Source of the DNA: Fibrobacter succinogenes
GTDB taxonomy: Bacteria > Fibrobacterota > Fibrobacteria > Fibrobacterales > Fibrobacteraceae
Assembly: GCF_902779965.1 (NCBI RefSeq)
Contig: NZ_CACZDK010000011.1
Location: forward strand, 95,012-159,011
Length of the DNA: 64,000 nucleotides
Direction: 5' to 3'
Part shown: positions 8,663 to 17,999 of the stretch, in pieces
How positions within the stretch are numbered: position 1 is the stretch's first letter
How the letters are laid out: the number at the start of each line of letters is the position of its first letter
Notes under the pieces: model-generated
The model's database searches: none
What the model was told of the DNA's origin: nothing
The model's input: only the letters and a program-made list of their open reading frames with translations
Program-made: the position numbers and the translations under genes

Positions 8663-10558
8663 TTACGCTTGCGATGTCGCGGCTTTCTTGCTCAGGACCT
8701 TGATTTCTTGAATAAAGGAAAGGTCGAGCGAGAACTTTTCTTCCTTGCCACTTTCCTGAATTTCGACCATCGAGGGAGACTTCGCCAAATGGAGCGCATG
8801 CACGTAGAACATCTTTTCTTCGAGCTTTGCGTTTCGCTTGGTCTTGTCCATGATTTTTGCAGCAAGCGGAGTGCCCACCGTCTTTGCATAGCGCAAGACC
8901 TTCACAAGATCAAACGTGCTCAACTTCTGATAAACGCTACCGTACTTGGTAGAATCCATCGTCGCCTGGGCAGATGCTTCGTCAGCTTCGTCGCGCAAGT
9001 CATAGTCGATTTTCTTGGATTCCGGCCATGCAATGGCGAACTCGGCTTTCCATTCTTCTTGCGCAGCCGGCGTGCGGTTTTCGCTCGATTCGCCTGCGCA
9101 CGGGAAGAATCCGTAGTTTTCGAGAATTTCGAGCGCACGGGGTTCCCTTTCCGGATTTAGAACAAAGCCGTATCCCGGAATGTATTCCTCGGTGCATTCC
9201 ATGAACTGCGGGAAGCGTGAAAGTTCGGCAAGCACTTCGGCACTTTCGACCTTGAGGAGTCGAGCCGTGCGCACCTTGGCGCCATAGAACGAGGCATTCC
9301 ATTCGGCAAGCGTCGAAGAAACGTTCTCAGGCGGCTTGAGCCAGTTGCGGAGATTTTCCACTTCGGATTCCGGGAAGCCACACTTGAGGCCAGCCACATA
9401 AGTTTCCTTTTCGAGCGTAAAGCAAAGGAACGTCTCGTCGTTCTTGACTTTTGCAAGGCATGCGAGAGAGTAAAGCACACGCGGAGCCATGCCGGTCGAA
9501 ACGACCAAGTCAAAGTTCGGGAGTGCCGTGAGGTTCGCTTCGGGAATGGACGCGATAGACGTATCGAGCCAATCCTTGCCCGACTTGCTCAGAACTACGG
9601 AAGTAATCTTGCCCTGCGCCATGCGGAAATCGACAAGTCCCAGAATCCAAAGTTCACAAAGCGGACGCGGCATGAATTCCCAAGGCAACACCTTGTTCTT
9701 TTCCTGAATGCGGTAAGATGGATCCATCACCCAGAAGAGGAGAGCGGCGTCAGCAGCGGAGAGGCCTTCGCCCAAGCCAGTCAGCAAATGAGCGCAAAGG
9801 TCACGATCCCCGTGGAAGCGTTCCTTGATCCACCAAGAAATTACATCTTGATGCAAGCGGAAACCGTTCTTATGAATAAAATCAATGGCAGTCGCCGACG
9901 GAAGCAAGAAGGAGTTTTCGCGTTCAAGCCAACCGTTCTGCACGAGGAAACTAAAGATAAGCGAAATTTCGTGTTCGCAAGCCTTTTCGGAAACATGGCG
10001 AGACGATGTAAACGCTTCGGCGCAAATCTGGCGGCCACGGCGATGGAGCGTTCCGTTTGCATTGATGCGGAGTTGCTTTTTCTTGGCGTTTGCAAGCACA
10101 ATGCAAATATGCCAATCCAAAAGGTTCTGGAAAGAAATCAACGGAGAAACCGTATCAATCTCGCCTTCCGGCTTAACATCAAAGCAACCGACAAAATCCG
10201 TAAAGCCCGCGTATATAGGAGTCCCGCCCACAAAAGAACGGTAAAGGACGAATTCACGGCACATCGTAAGGAGGAACGTCTGGAGTTCGCGATTTTTGCT
10301 TACAGGGACCGTGAGGCGAAGTTCGTTAAATGCAAGTCCTCTGGACCCGCTATTGTAAATCAAATTCAGGCAGCGGCGCTGCCACATTTCCATCTTGGAA
10401 AACAGTTCCGCCACACGTTCCTTGTTGGAATAAAAAGACAGTGTTTCGGACTGGATGAGAGCGTTGTTTAAAAGTCCTTTTTTGCCGAACGCCTTAGCAT
10501 GGGCGTTGCGAAGCAAGGGCTTGGACATACCATCAAAAAAAGCGTTTAAATCAAACAT
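8663..10558 (-). CDS. conserved hypothetical protein, function unknown
   Basis: 631-aa ORF with host-like composition and its own terminator. I recognise no motif. Several shorter ORFs on both strands overlap it and are rejected. Confidence 0.6.
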   Translation of the reverse strand: MFDLNAFFDGMSKPLLRNAHAKAFGKKGLLNNALIQSETLSFYSNKERVAELFSKMEMWQRRCLNLIYNSGSRGLAFNELRLTVPVSKNRELQTFLLTMCREFVLYRSFVGGTPIYAGFTDFVGCFDVKPEGEIDTVSPLISFQNLLDWHICIVLANAKKKQLRINANGTLHRRGRQICAEAFTSSRHVSEKACEHEISLIFSFLVQNGWLERENSFLLPSATAIDFIHKNGFRLHQDVISWWIKERFHGDRDLCAHLLTGLGEGLSAADAALLFWVMDPSYRIQEKNKVLPWEFMPRPLCELWILGLVDFRMAQGKITSVVLSKSGKDWLDTSIASIPEANLTALPNFDLVVSTGMAPRVLYSLACLAKVKNDETFLCFTLEKETYVAGLKCGFPESEVENLRNWLKPPENVSSTLAEWNASFYGAKVRTARLLKVESAEVLAELSRFPQFMECTEEYIPGYGFVLNPEREPRALEILENYGFFPCAGESSENRTPAAQEEWKAEFAIAWPESKKIDYDLRDEADEASAQATMDSTKYGSVYQKLSTFDLVKVLRYAKTVGTPLAAKIMDKTKRNAKLEEKMFYVHALHLAKSPSMVEIQESGKEEKFSLDLSFIQEIKVLSKKAATSQA

Positions 10559-10639
10559 TATGCACCTTAAAACAGGATGCCAAATATAATAAAAATCACG
10601 CGGTTAGTTAAGGGGCTACACACGTGAACAGGTGTTGGG

Positions 10640-10680
10640 TAGTAGGAAGTAGGCGGTAGGAAGTAGGAAGGGAATACTAG
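10640..10680 (+). repeat. heptad stop-codon array
   Basis: The sequence is TAGTAGgaagTAGgcggTAGgaagTAGgaagggaatacTAG, with TAG at 10643, 10650, 10657, 10664 and 10678. Confidence 0.85.
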
Positions 10681-10732
10681 GTATGAGGTCGGGCTCCGCC
10701 CTTTGGGGTCGCTACGCTTTGAGGGTATAGGT

Positions 10733-10764
10733 AAAAAAAAGGAAATGCCGCAACAAGTGCGGCA
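10733..10764 (-). terminator. rho-independent terminator after dinG (second hairpin)
   Basis: The minus strand reads TGCCGCACTTGTTGCGGCA followed by TTTCCTTTTTTTT. Confidence 0.8.
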
Positions 10765-10778
10765 TGACAATTCACTAA

Positions 10779-10803
10779 ATCCTTCGACTTCGCTCAGGAT
10801 GAC
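10779..10803 (-). repeat. GTCAT-arm-GAGC..arm' hairpin repeat (arms ATCCT/AGGAT), inverted orientation
   Basis: The minus strand reads gtcATCCTgagcgaagtcgaAGGAT. Confidence 0.8.
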
Positions 10804-10850
10804 ACGTTGCAAAGCACTTCACTTCGGCGGGCTCAGTGAACTTGAAGCGA

Positions 10851-10867
10851 CCCGGAACAAGTCCGGG
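10851..10867 (-). terminator. first hairpin after dinG (no T-tract)
   Basis: CCCGGA-N5-TCCGGG lies 16 nt after the dinG stop. It belongs to the same flank-conserved hairpin class. Confidence 0.3.
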
Positions 10868-10882
10868 GTGACAACGTTAGAT

Positions 10883-13606
10883 TTACTTCACAAAGCGTTC
10901 GATGTCGGAGACGGAGCCAGCGATGCGCTGCTTGAAGTTCCAAATGCGGGAGAAGGTCTTGCCGTAGCGTTCGAGGATAACGCGATTATCCAAGATGAGG
11001 ACCTTTCCGGAATCGGAATCAGAACGCAAAAGGCGACCCAAGCCCTGACGGAGTTCAATATAGGCTTCTGGGATAAAGTAATCCTTGAAGAAGTTCTTGT
11101 TTGCAGCCTTCATCTCATTCGTGATGCCAGCGACAAGCGGATCTGTCGGGTTCGGGAACGGGAGCTTCGTAATAACGAGCAACTTGAGCGCATCGCCCGG
11201 GAAGTCCACACCTTCCCAAAGGCTTTGGCAACCCAAGAGGCAGGCGCCGCGTTCCTTGCGGAACATAGCCACGAGTCCGTCAAGCGAGCCATCGACATGC
11301 TGGCAGAGCAAAAGCTTGTTGCGTTCGGCAAATGCCGGAGCAAGTGCAGCCTGCGCCTTCATCATCGTAGCGACACTTGTGAAGAGCACCATCGTATTTT
11401 CTTCAATCGACGGGAGCACTTTCAAAAGCGTATCGTTCAAGGCATCGCCAAATTCCTGAGCCGAAGGTTTCGGGAGGAACTTAGCCACCATCACGGAGCG
11501 GCGTTCGTTCACATCGGACTGTTCAGTATAAACTCTCACAAACGGCTGTTTGCTCAAGCGCAAATTGTCCATGCCCATTTTTTGCAAGAAATACGTGAGA
11601 TCGGCCTGCACAGAAAGCGTCGCCGAAGTAAACGTCGCAGACTTGATCCACGGATAGAACTTTTCTCTCCAGATGCTACCAGAATGGAGCGGAACTGCAT
11701 GCAGCTTGATGGTATGCGGGTTGAACGGTTCTTCCATGTAGAAGACCCAATCACTGCGGCCCGCCTTTGTAACAAATTCAAAGTCCGAAATGAAATGGCC
11801 AATCTCGGTCATGCGGCCATCAAGGTCACTCACAACGCCCTTGAGGGAATCAATATTTGCAGCCGCCGCAACGAGCTTTTCAGCAAAGCCACGAGCATTA
11901 GCGTACTGTTCGAGGAACGTTGCCGGGTCAGCTTCGTATTCAGCGAGGATGCTATTCGTGTACGTAAAGCCACTGCGGCCATTTTTCTGCTTAGCAAGTT
12001 TCTTGCCAATCTTCATGAAGAAGCGGTGCAGAGCCTTTTCGGATTCGCCCAAAGCTTCGGAAAGCTTGTCGCAGAGTTCATGGAGTTCCGGCTGTTCTGC
12101 CGGGATTCGGCTTGCAATTTCTGCAATGAGGCCGTCGCCACCCGCTTTGGAAGGTTCGAGCGTTTTTGCAATATTTCTGAATCCGAAGAACGAAATCGTG
12201 CGGCCAAACACCTGGTTACTGATTTCTGGCAGGCGGTGCGCTTCGTCAAAAACAATGTGTTCGTACGACGGGAGCAACGCAAAATCGAGTTGCAAATCAG
12301 AAAGGAAAAGCGAATGGTTCACAAGCACCATGTTTGCATTCATGGCCTTGCGCTTTGCAATGAGTGCCGGGCAGTTTTCGTGACACGAGTGATTTTCGCC
12401 GTTGCAGCAAGAGGCACTGCACGAAAGCTTCGACCAAAGCACACGATTGCGGCTCTGGCTAAAGGAATTGCATTCGTTGATGTCACCCGTTTCAGTCGTC
12501 AAGACCCATGGGATAAGCGCCATGAAAGAATCGCGTTCTTCGGTGGAAAGGAGCGTTTGCGGATGCATCAGCAGTTCTTCGAACTTACGGAGGCAAAGGT
12601 AGTTGTCGCGGCCTTTCAAAATCGCCGGGCGAAGTTCGCCATTGTAAATCTTTGCAATCTGCGGGATAGACTGAGTCCAAAGCTGTTCCTGCAAAGTGCG
12701 CGTTGCGGTACTGATGAGCACACGCTCGCCGGTAATAGCCTTGTTTGCAGCCGTAATCAGGTAAGACAATGTCTTGCCGGAACCGGTCGGAGCTTCGAGC
12801 ACGCAGAGACCGCCCTTGTACATATTGCGTTCCATGACCGAGGCAAAATCCTGCTGGTTGTGGCGCGGCTTGTAATTATCAACGACAAACGAAATAAATC
12901 CGCCTTCCTTGAAAAATTCACTCACACGCGGAGCCCTAGACTTAGGCAAAGCTTCTGGAGCGGGGGCTATAGGCAACTTGTACTTCGGAGCGGCAAGCGT
13001 TTCGACATTCGATGTGAAAAGCGTCTCGTAGCCGGAGCCCTTAGCAACTTTAGAAAGAGCATCATAAATCCACGGGTCCATTGTAGAAATCTTTTCGAGA
13101 GCCTTCACGAACAAGCGTCCGCAAGCATCAGCATCAGGCAAGGCACGATGAGCACGGCTACGTTCAATATCGAGTTCCTGTACAAGTGTATCGAGACGAT
13201 GGTTCGGAACATCCTGGAACGCAATGCGCGAAAGCGTGAGCGAATCCCAGAACACATGGGAATCATAAGAAATACCGACCTTGGTAAACGCCTGCTTGAG
13301 GAACTTGGAATCGAAAAGGGCATTGTGTGCAACAATCGGGAGATCACCGATAAACGAGCAAATCTGCCCAGCAACTGTTGCAAAATCCGGAGCACTTTCC
13401 AAGTCAGCCTTGTTAATGCCAGTCAGCGTCTCAATAAAGGGACGAAGTTCAGCAGAAGACGGTTTCACCAGAAAATCGAGATTTTCCTTCGGTTCGCCAT
13501 TTTCAAAGCGAACTAGAGCCACCTCGATGATTTCGTCTTTCTCGAAATCAAGACCGGTTGTTTCCAAGTCAAGCGCCACAAATGCGGGAATTTTTTCCAT
13601 CTTCAT
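10883..13606 (-). CDS. dinG: bifunctional DnaQ-like 3'-5' exonuclease / DinG-family ATP-dependent DNA helicase
   Basis: 907 aa. Exonuclease motifs are VALDLETTGLD, HNALFDSKFL and HRALPDADA. Helicase motifs are Walker A EAPTGSGKT and the DEAH box FDEAHRL. The Cys-rich segment CSASCCNGENHSCHENC is compatible with an Fe-S cluster. Confidence 0.85.
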   Translation of the reverse strand: MKMEKIPAFVALDLETTGLDFEKDEIIEVALVRFENGEPKENLDFLVKPSSAELRPFIETLTGINKADLESAPDFATVAGQICSFIGDLPIVAHNALFDSKFLKQAFTKVGISYDSHVFWDSLTLSRIAFQDVPNHRLDTLVQELDIERSRAHRALPDADACGRLFVKALEKISTMDPWIYDALSKVAKGSGYETLFTSNVETLAAPKYKLPIAPAPEALPKSRAPRVSEFFKEGGFISFVVDNYKPRHNQQDFASVMERNMYKGGLCVLEAPTGSGKTLSYLITAANKAITGERVLISTATRTLQEQLWTQSIPQIAKIYNGELRPAILKGRDNYLCLRKFEELLMHPQTLLSTEERDSFMALIPWVLTTETGDINECNSFSQSRNRVLWSKLSCSASCCNGENHSCHENCPALIAKRKAMNANMVLVNHSLFLSDLQLDFALLPSYEHIVFDEAHRLPEISNQVFGRTISFFGFRNIAKTLEPSKAGGDGLIAEIASRIPAEQPELHELCDKLSEALGESEKALHRFFMKIGKKLAKQKNGRSGFTYTNSILAEYEADPATFLEQYANARGFAEKLVAAAANIDSLKGVVSDLDGRMTEIGHFISDFEFVTKAGRSDWVFYMEEPFNPHTIKLHAVPLHSGSIWREKFYPWIKSATFTSATLSVQADLTYFLQKMGMDNLRLSKQPFVRVYTEQSDVNERRSVMVAKFLPKPSAQEFGDALNDTLLKVLPSIEENTMVLFTSVATMMKAQAALAPAFAERNKLLLCQHVDGSLDGLVAMFRKERGACLLGCQSLWEGVDFPGDALKLLVITKLPFPNPTDPLVAGITNEMKAANKNFFKDYFIPEAYIELRQGLGRLLRSDSDSGKVLILDNRVILERYGKTFSRIWNFKQRIAGSVSDIERFVK

Positions 13607-13613
13607 CCATCCT

Positions 13614-15383
13614 TTAAGGCAATGCCGGCAAGTTCGGCATCAGTTGTTCTAAATCGTTTGGACCACTTTTGATTTTCAAAGTATCAATCGGGGAACGCCA
13701 TGCAGAGCCAAAACTAAAGGGATTTAGAGAACCACCATTCGGAAGTCCGGTCCCTTTATCTGCATAATAATAGTCAATAATGTAACCACCTTCAACAAGG
13801 TCATTAAACGCAAACGCCCCGTAAGAAGAGCACTTCGCATATTCAAACTTACCGGTTTCCACAGACTTGAGACGAACTATAGCGCCCGCCTTTGCGCCAG
13901 GAATTTTACCCACCATCGAAGCCAACTTCAATTTGGAAATCGTCTCGAACGTGAGCTTATTTTCGTACTTTGTCGTAATCACGGTATCACGGACACCATT
14001 GCTATCGGCCTTTGCCAAAGTCGTATCGGCATAGCCACGCAGCAAGCTGAACTTGGAATCAGTCGGCCACGGAGTATCGCGCTTTACAAGGTAGCGGACT
14101 GGGTCTAGCTTTTTCGCAGAAACTTGCGCCGTATCTTTATTTTCGACAATAAAGAACATGTCTTTCAAGGAATCGAGAACAGGCTTGTTATAAATTACGA
14201 CCAAGGAATCATGCGGGAACGCATTTTTCGACTTACCCGTCACCTGCACCGTCTGGATTTTTGGAGCGAGCGTATCGGCCTCCATTTCTTTCCATTCAAT
14301 TTCGGCATAGTTCCTTGCGGTATCTAAAGCACGGGAAAGCGAATCCTTTCCGGTACGGCAAATAAACTTGTACAAGACTTCGTCTTTCGGTTTTGGATCA
14401 AAGTAAAAACGCGGAGCGTTCAATGTCCCGAGATACACAAGTCGCGGGTAAAGCGTATCGCCATCCGGCGAAGCAAGATAGCAGTTAGAAGTATCCGCAA
14501 AAGCAGAGTCAAAATAGACGCGGCGCGTAAAGTTCGCTTCCAGTACGTTTGCAAAAGGCTGCGTGACATTGTCCATTTCCATCAGCGAAGTGTCTTGGTC
14601 CGCAAGCGCAATCCAAAGCGTGTCCTGCGTTGTTTCATTCAATAGCAAATCCGAAATCCAGACACCAGCAAGTTCCGACGACGGTTCAATCCTGTGGTTG
14701 CCATTCCCATCGACAAATGCGACAACGCGATAACGCCCAGCCTTAAGCCCTGTAAACGTGAAGTTTCCAATGCTATCAGCCGCCGTGATATAAAGCGGTT
14801 CTTCTTTTGTAAGCATCGGGAGCGAATCCAGCACATGCGTAGTCGTATCGCGATACTTTTCAAGATAGCGCTTGGATTCACGTTCAGGACCCATCAAATA
14901 AAGGCCCACGCTCGGGTACGATCTTTTGCGCACAAGGGAATCGCTCACCATCACACGACCGGAAAGCGTCAAAGAGTCAATCGTAGCACCCGTCGAGAAT
15001 ACGACCTGGAACGGCTTTGCCAGCGCATTACCGCGTAAATCCTTGATGCCACCAGCGAACGTAACGGTATAAGTCGTTCCCGTATCAAGTTCGGCACGCG
15101 AATAAACTTCGAGCATCTTGCCGTGAACTTCGTAACGCAACTTCTTTTCAATCGGAGGCGAAATGGAAATAGCACCACGCGGAATCGAGGCGTTGATCCA
15201 TTCATCGAATTCCAATTTCACATAAAGTTCATTCGGATGATTTGCAGTCTTTGGTGCAGGAGACACCGCCGCGACACGCGGCGGCAGCTTATCTTCGGGA
15301 CCACCCGAAGGAGCCACTTGCGTAGCGCAAGCAGCTATCATCAGGCATGAGGCCAAAAAATATGCAACCTTCGAGAACTTCAT
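13614..15383 (-). CDS. lipoprotein with N-terminal Ig-like (SbsA/Big_5-type) domain
   Basis: The ATG at 15383 gives MKFSKVAYFLASCLMIAAC (lipobox). PPRVAAVSPAPKTANHPNELYVKLEFDEWI resembles Ig-like surface-protein domains. The track ORF begins two codons earlier at a GTG. Confidence 0.55.
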   Translation of the reverse strand: MKFSKVAYFLASCLMIAACATQVAPSGGPEDKLPPRVAAVSPAPKTANHPNELYVKLEFDEWINASIPRGAISISPPIEKKLRYEVHGKMLEVYSRAELDTGTTYTVTFAGGIKDLRGNALAKPFQVVFSTGATIDSLTLSGRVMVSDSLVRKRSYPSVGLYLMGPERESKRYLEKYRDTTTHVLDSLPMLTKEEPLYITAADSIGNFTFTGLKAGRYRVVAFVDGNGNHRIEPSSELAGVWISDLLLNETTQDTLWIALADQDTSLMEMDNVTQPFANVLEANFTRRVYFDSAFADTSNCYLASPDGDTLYPRLVYLGTLNAPRFYFDPKPKDEVLYKFICRTGKDSLSRALDTARNYAEIEWKEMEADTLAPKIQTVQVTGKSKNAFPHDSLVVIYNKPVLDSLKDMFFIVENKDTAQVSAKKLDPVRYLVKRDTPWPTDSKFSLLRGYADTTLAKADSNGVRDTVITTKYENKLTFETISKLKLASMVGKIPGAKAGAIVRLKSVETGKFEYAKCSSYGAFAFNDLVEGGYIIDYYYADKGTGLPNGGSLNPFSFGSAWRSPIDTLKIKSGPNDLEQLMPNLPALP

Positions 15384-15385
15384 TC

Positions 15386-16735
15386 TCACTTAATCAAATC
15401 AATAATCTTGCCAATGCGGGTGAATCGAACGCGGAACGGAATGCGCCACCAAGTCCATGGTTTGCCGAGGGCAAACTTTCCATCATCGTTTTCGAACGAG
15501 AAGTAAATGACAAAAGCCTTTGCACGGATGTTGCGCAACGAGACAAGTCCCCAATAACGGCTATCGGCGGAATTATCGCGGTTGTCGCCCATCATAAAGT
15601 ACTGCGGGTACTTCACGACATAGCGATTAATCTTTTCGGAACCGAGGTACAAATTGCGCTGAATTTCGAAATGAGACTTTTCCACAACTTCGGTGGAATC
15701 CGTAGAATCCTGAGCCGGCACCGCCACATTCAAGCGCTTCACATTACCATCAAGATCCTGAAGGATGGAACCTTCAAAGGACACGTAACTCACAGGACGA
15801 GTAAAACCGCGATTCAAATCAGGATCGTGCGAATCAATCATCGGCAAAAAGCCAATCTTCGCCAGTTCCCTGAAATAGTTGAACGGCATCGCGCCAGACA
15901 ACGTATCGCCAAGCGTAAGTCGCTGTTGAATTATAGTCTGGTTTCTCGAAAGCATCGCATTCAGCAAGAGAGCGCGATCATTTTCGACCGGAAATCTAAA
16001 ATCCTTGAACACGTAATTGTTGTTTTCGCGGCCATTGAGCAAAAGCGAAAGCTCCAGACGTACAGAAGAATCCGGATTTTCCTGAGCCACGAGAGAACGC
16101 AACCACCAAAGTTTAATCATCGAAATAGAATCAACATACAGCGTATCGCCCGCAGAGGGCACTACAAATTCTTCGACTTCATCTCGCGGAGAAAGCGTGC
16201 GAACATTCGCCGTCCACTTTCCGAATGCCGGGAGAGAATCCTGACGCTTGCCATTCAAGAAAAGCTTGCCACCATGAACCGCCACTCTATCGCCACTCAC
16301 CGCAACGCAACGCTTGATGTAGTCCTTCGGACCATCGGCATAATGCACCAAATGCGGCTGGCCTTTTTCGGGGGCGTGGTCCCAGTAGTAATTGCCCAGC
16401 ATAAGCGCATTGAACAGATGCGTGTAACGCTTGGGGTTATTATCGGGATATTCCGGTTCGCCCGGATAACGGAAGATGACGACATCGCCGTGCTTGGGTT
16501 CTGCATATCCTGGGAAGTTCTGGTTCGAGAACGGAATCGGCGAGCCGTAAGTAAACTTGAGACCCAGCAAGAAGTCACCCGTCTTAAGCGAATCTTCCAT
16601 GGAACCGCTCGGAATCTGGAACGCCTGGATGACGTACTGGATAACGATTAAAGCAAGAATGATCGGTACAACAACTTCACGTGTAAAAGATTTAAGAAAC
16701 TTCTTTATGTTTTTTTTCGGAGATGTCTGTTCCAT
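15386..16735 (-). CDS. lepB: signal peptidase I
   Basis: S26 motifs are present: SGSMEDSLKTGD (catalytic Ser) and GDNRDNSADSRYWG. There is an N-terminal TM helix. An ATG at 16735 (MEQTSPKK) is likelier than the TTG at 16747. Confidence 0.85.
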   Translation of the reverse strand: MEQTSPKKNIKKFLKSFTREVVVPIILALIVIQYVIQAFQIPSGSMEDSLKTGDFLLGLKFTYGSPIPFSNQNFPGYAEPKHGDVVIFRYPGEPEYPDNNPKRYTHLFNALMLGNYYWDHAPEKGQPHLVHYADGPKDYIKRCVAVSGDRVAVHGGKLFLNGKRQDSLPAFGKWTANVRTLSPRDEVEEFVVPSAGDTLYVDSISMIKLWWLRSLVAQENPDSSVRLELSLLLNGRENNNYVFKDFRFPVENDRALLLNAMLSRNQTIIQQRLTLGDTLSGAMPFNYFRELAKIGFLPMIDSHDPDLNRGFTRPVSYVSFEGSILQDLDGNVKRLNVAVPAQDSTDSTEVVEKSHFEIQRNLYLGSEKINRYVVKYPQYFMMGDNRDNSADSRYWGLVSLRNIRAKAFVIYFSFENDDGKFALGKPWTWWRIPFRVRFTRIGKIIDLIK

Positions 16736-16747
16736 CAAAACTCCCAA

Positions 16748-17521
16748 TTACAAACTCTTGACCGTTTTCACAAAATTACGGCTTACAGTAATCTGCGTCT
16801 TGTTCTTGTCGCGAAGCACAACGCAAAGGCGACCGCTTTCAGTCTTTCGAATTTCGGAAATGTAGTCTATTGCCACCAAATGAGCACGATGAACACGAAC
16901 GAACTGGCGCGGGTCAAGCCGCTTTTCCAATTCCACAAGCGTAAGGTCTATAATGTACTGCGATGTGGTCGTGTAAGCCGTCGTGTACTTTTCTTCGCTC
17001 TGGAAACGAATGACCTCATCCATATTCACAAGCAAAATGCGGTCGGGCTGTTTGACCTGCAATCGCTGCATGTAAAAGCCGCTCGCGTTCATCATTTCTT
17101 TGAACTTGTCCCACGAGAAATCCGCCGGAACGCCCTGCCCGACTTGTTGCGGCATGCGCTTGCGAAGCTTCGCCATCGTCGCCTGCAATCGCTCGGGATC
17201 AATTGGCTTCAAAAGGTAATCTACAACATTCTCTTCGTAAGCACGGAGTGCGAAGTTATCGTAGGCCGTCGTAAACACGATGAGCGGAATATCGTCTTCG
17301 TTCAGCGATTTCAGAACTTCGAACGCATCCATGTCCGGCATCTGGATATCCAGAAATACGACATCCGGGTCGAGTTCATGAATCTTTTCAATCGTCTGCG
17401 TACCAGAAGAGGCTTCGCCTAAAATTTCAATTTCACCCGAATAAGCTTCGAGCAAGGAACGCATGCGCACGCGTGCTAGTGGTTCGTCATCGGCAATTAA
17501 GGCAGTAAACATATTATCCAA
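16748..17521 (-). CDS. LytTR/AlgR-family response regulator
   Basis: 257 aa. A REC domain (LIADDEPLAR, VVFLDIQMPDMDAF) is followed by a C-terminal LytTR-like domain (FVRVHRAHLVAIDYI). Confidence 0.85.
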   Translation of the reverse strand: MDNMFTALIADDEPLARVRMRSLLEAYSGEIEILGEASSGTQTIEKIHELDPDVVFLDIQMPDMDAFEVLKSLNEDDIPLIVFTTAYDNFALRAYEENVVDYLLKPIDPERLQATMAKLRKRMPQQVGQGVPADFSWDKFKEMMNASGFYMQRLQVKQPDRILLVNMDEVIRFQSEEKYTTAYTTTSQYIIDLTLVELEKRLDPRQFVRVHRAHLVAIDYISEIRKTESGRLCVVLRDKNKTQITVSRNFVKTVKSL

Positions 17522-17527
17522 CTCTTA

Positions 17528-17953
17528 CTATTTAATTTTCTTATAAAAACGAATTAGCACGGCTTTCATGCCTTCGGCATCGCGATAGACATCGCCCAAC
17601 TTCATAAAAGCCAAATTTCCAACCTTATCACGCTTAAAATCCCAACGGACCGAATTGTCCGAGAGACTCACCTTCACAATGCTATCGGCATACACGAATG
17701 TCCCACGAAGCGTATCAACACTTACGGAATCCTTCATGATAGATTCAACCACCATGACCTTGCCATCATTAAACAAGTCCATATTCACTACGCGCTGATT
17801 ACAATTATCACAGGGCAGACGTCCCGAATAAAAACCAAAGACTTCCGCAGGAATTTCTATGGGCGGCAAATCAGGGAGCGGTTCCGACTTCTGTTCAGAA
17901 CAACCCACAAATAGTCCACACATCATTGCAGCTAGCGCACAGGCATACTTCAT
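17528..17953 (-). CDS. lipoprotein, NlpE N-terminal-domain-like
   Basis: The ATG at 17953 gives MKYACALAAMMCGLFVGCSEQ (lipobox). FYSGRLPCDNCNQ resembles the CxxC segment of the NlpE/CutF N-domain. Confidence 0.45.
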   Translation of the reverse strand: MKYACALAAMMCGLFVGCSEQKSEPLPDLPPIEIPAEVFGFYSGRLPCDNCNQRVVNMDLFNDGKVMVVESIMKDSVSVDTLRGTFVYADSIVKVSLSDNSVRWDFKRDKVGNLAFMKLGDVYRDAEGMKAVLIRFYKKIK

Positions 17954-17999
17954 GCATAATAATCTAAAAAATTTCGGACAAGACAAATGGAGGGCGGCT

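Noticed and set aside
8630-10471. Multiple 60-230-aa ORFs on both strands inside 8663..10558 (for example 8630..9160 and 9788..10471).
   Set aside because: All are nested in, or antisense to, the single 631-aa frame that spans the whole interval. None has a start context or motif that would favour it.
10567-10812. 81-aa minus-strand ORF (MQRVILSEVEG...SYYPTPVHV).
   Set aside because: It is a translation of the intergenic repeat block (hairpin motif, terminator hairpin and heptad array) between dinG and the next gene, so it is not a gene.
10703-13516. Very long plus-strand ORF (937 aa) opposite dinG. Similar long shadow ORFs occur at 19022..22018 (998 aa), 15347..16651, 23658..24860, 26614..27951, 32499..33866, 45897..46958 and 47564..48757.
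   Set aside because: In every case the minus-strand partner carries unmistakable conserved motifs (DinG, LepB, PurA, AroA, enolase and others). The plus-strand translations are R/H/F-rich, low-complexity and without motifs. Long antisense ORFs are expected when the sense codon usage avoids TTA, CTA and TCA.
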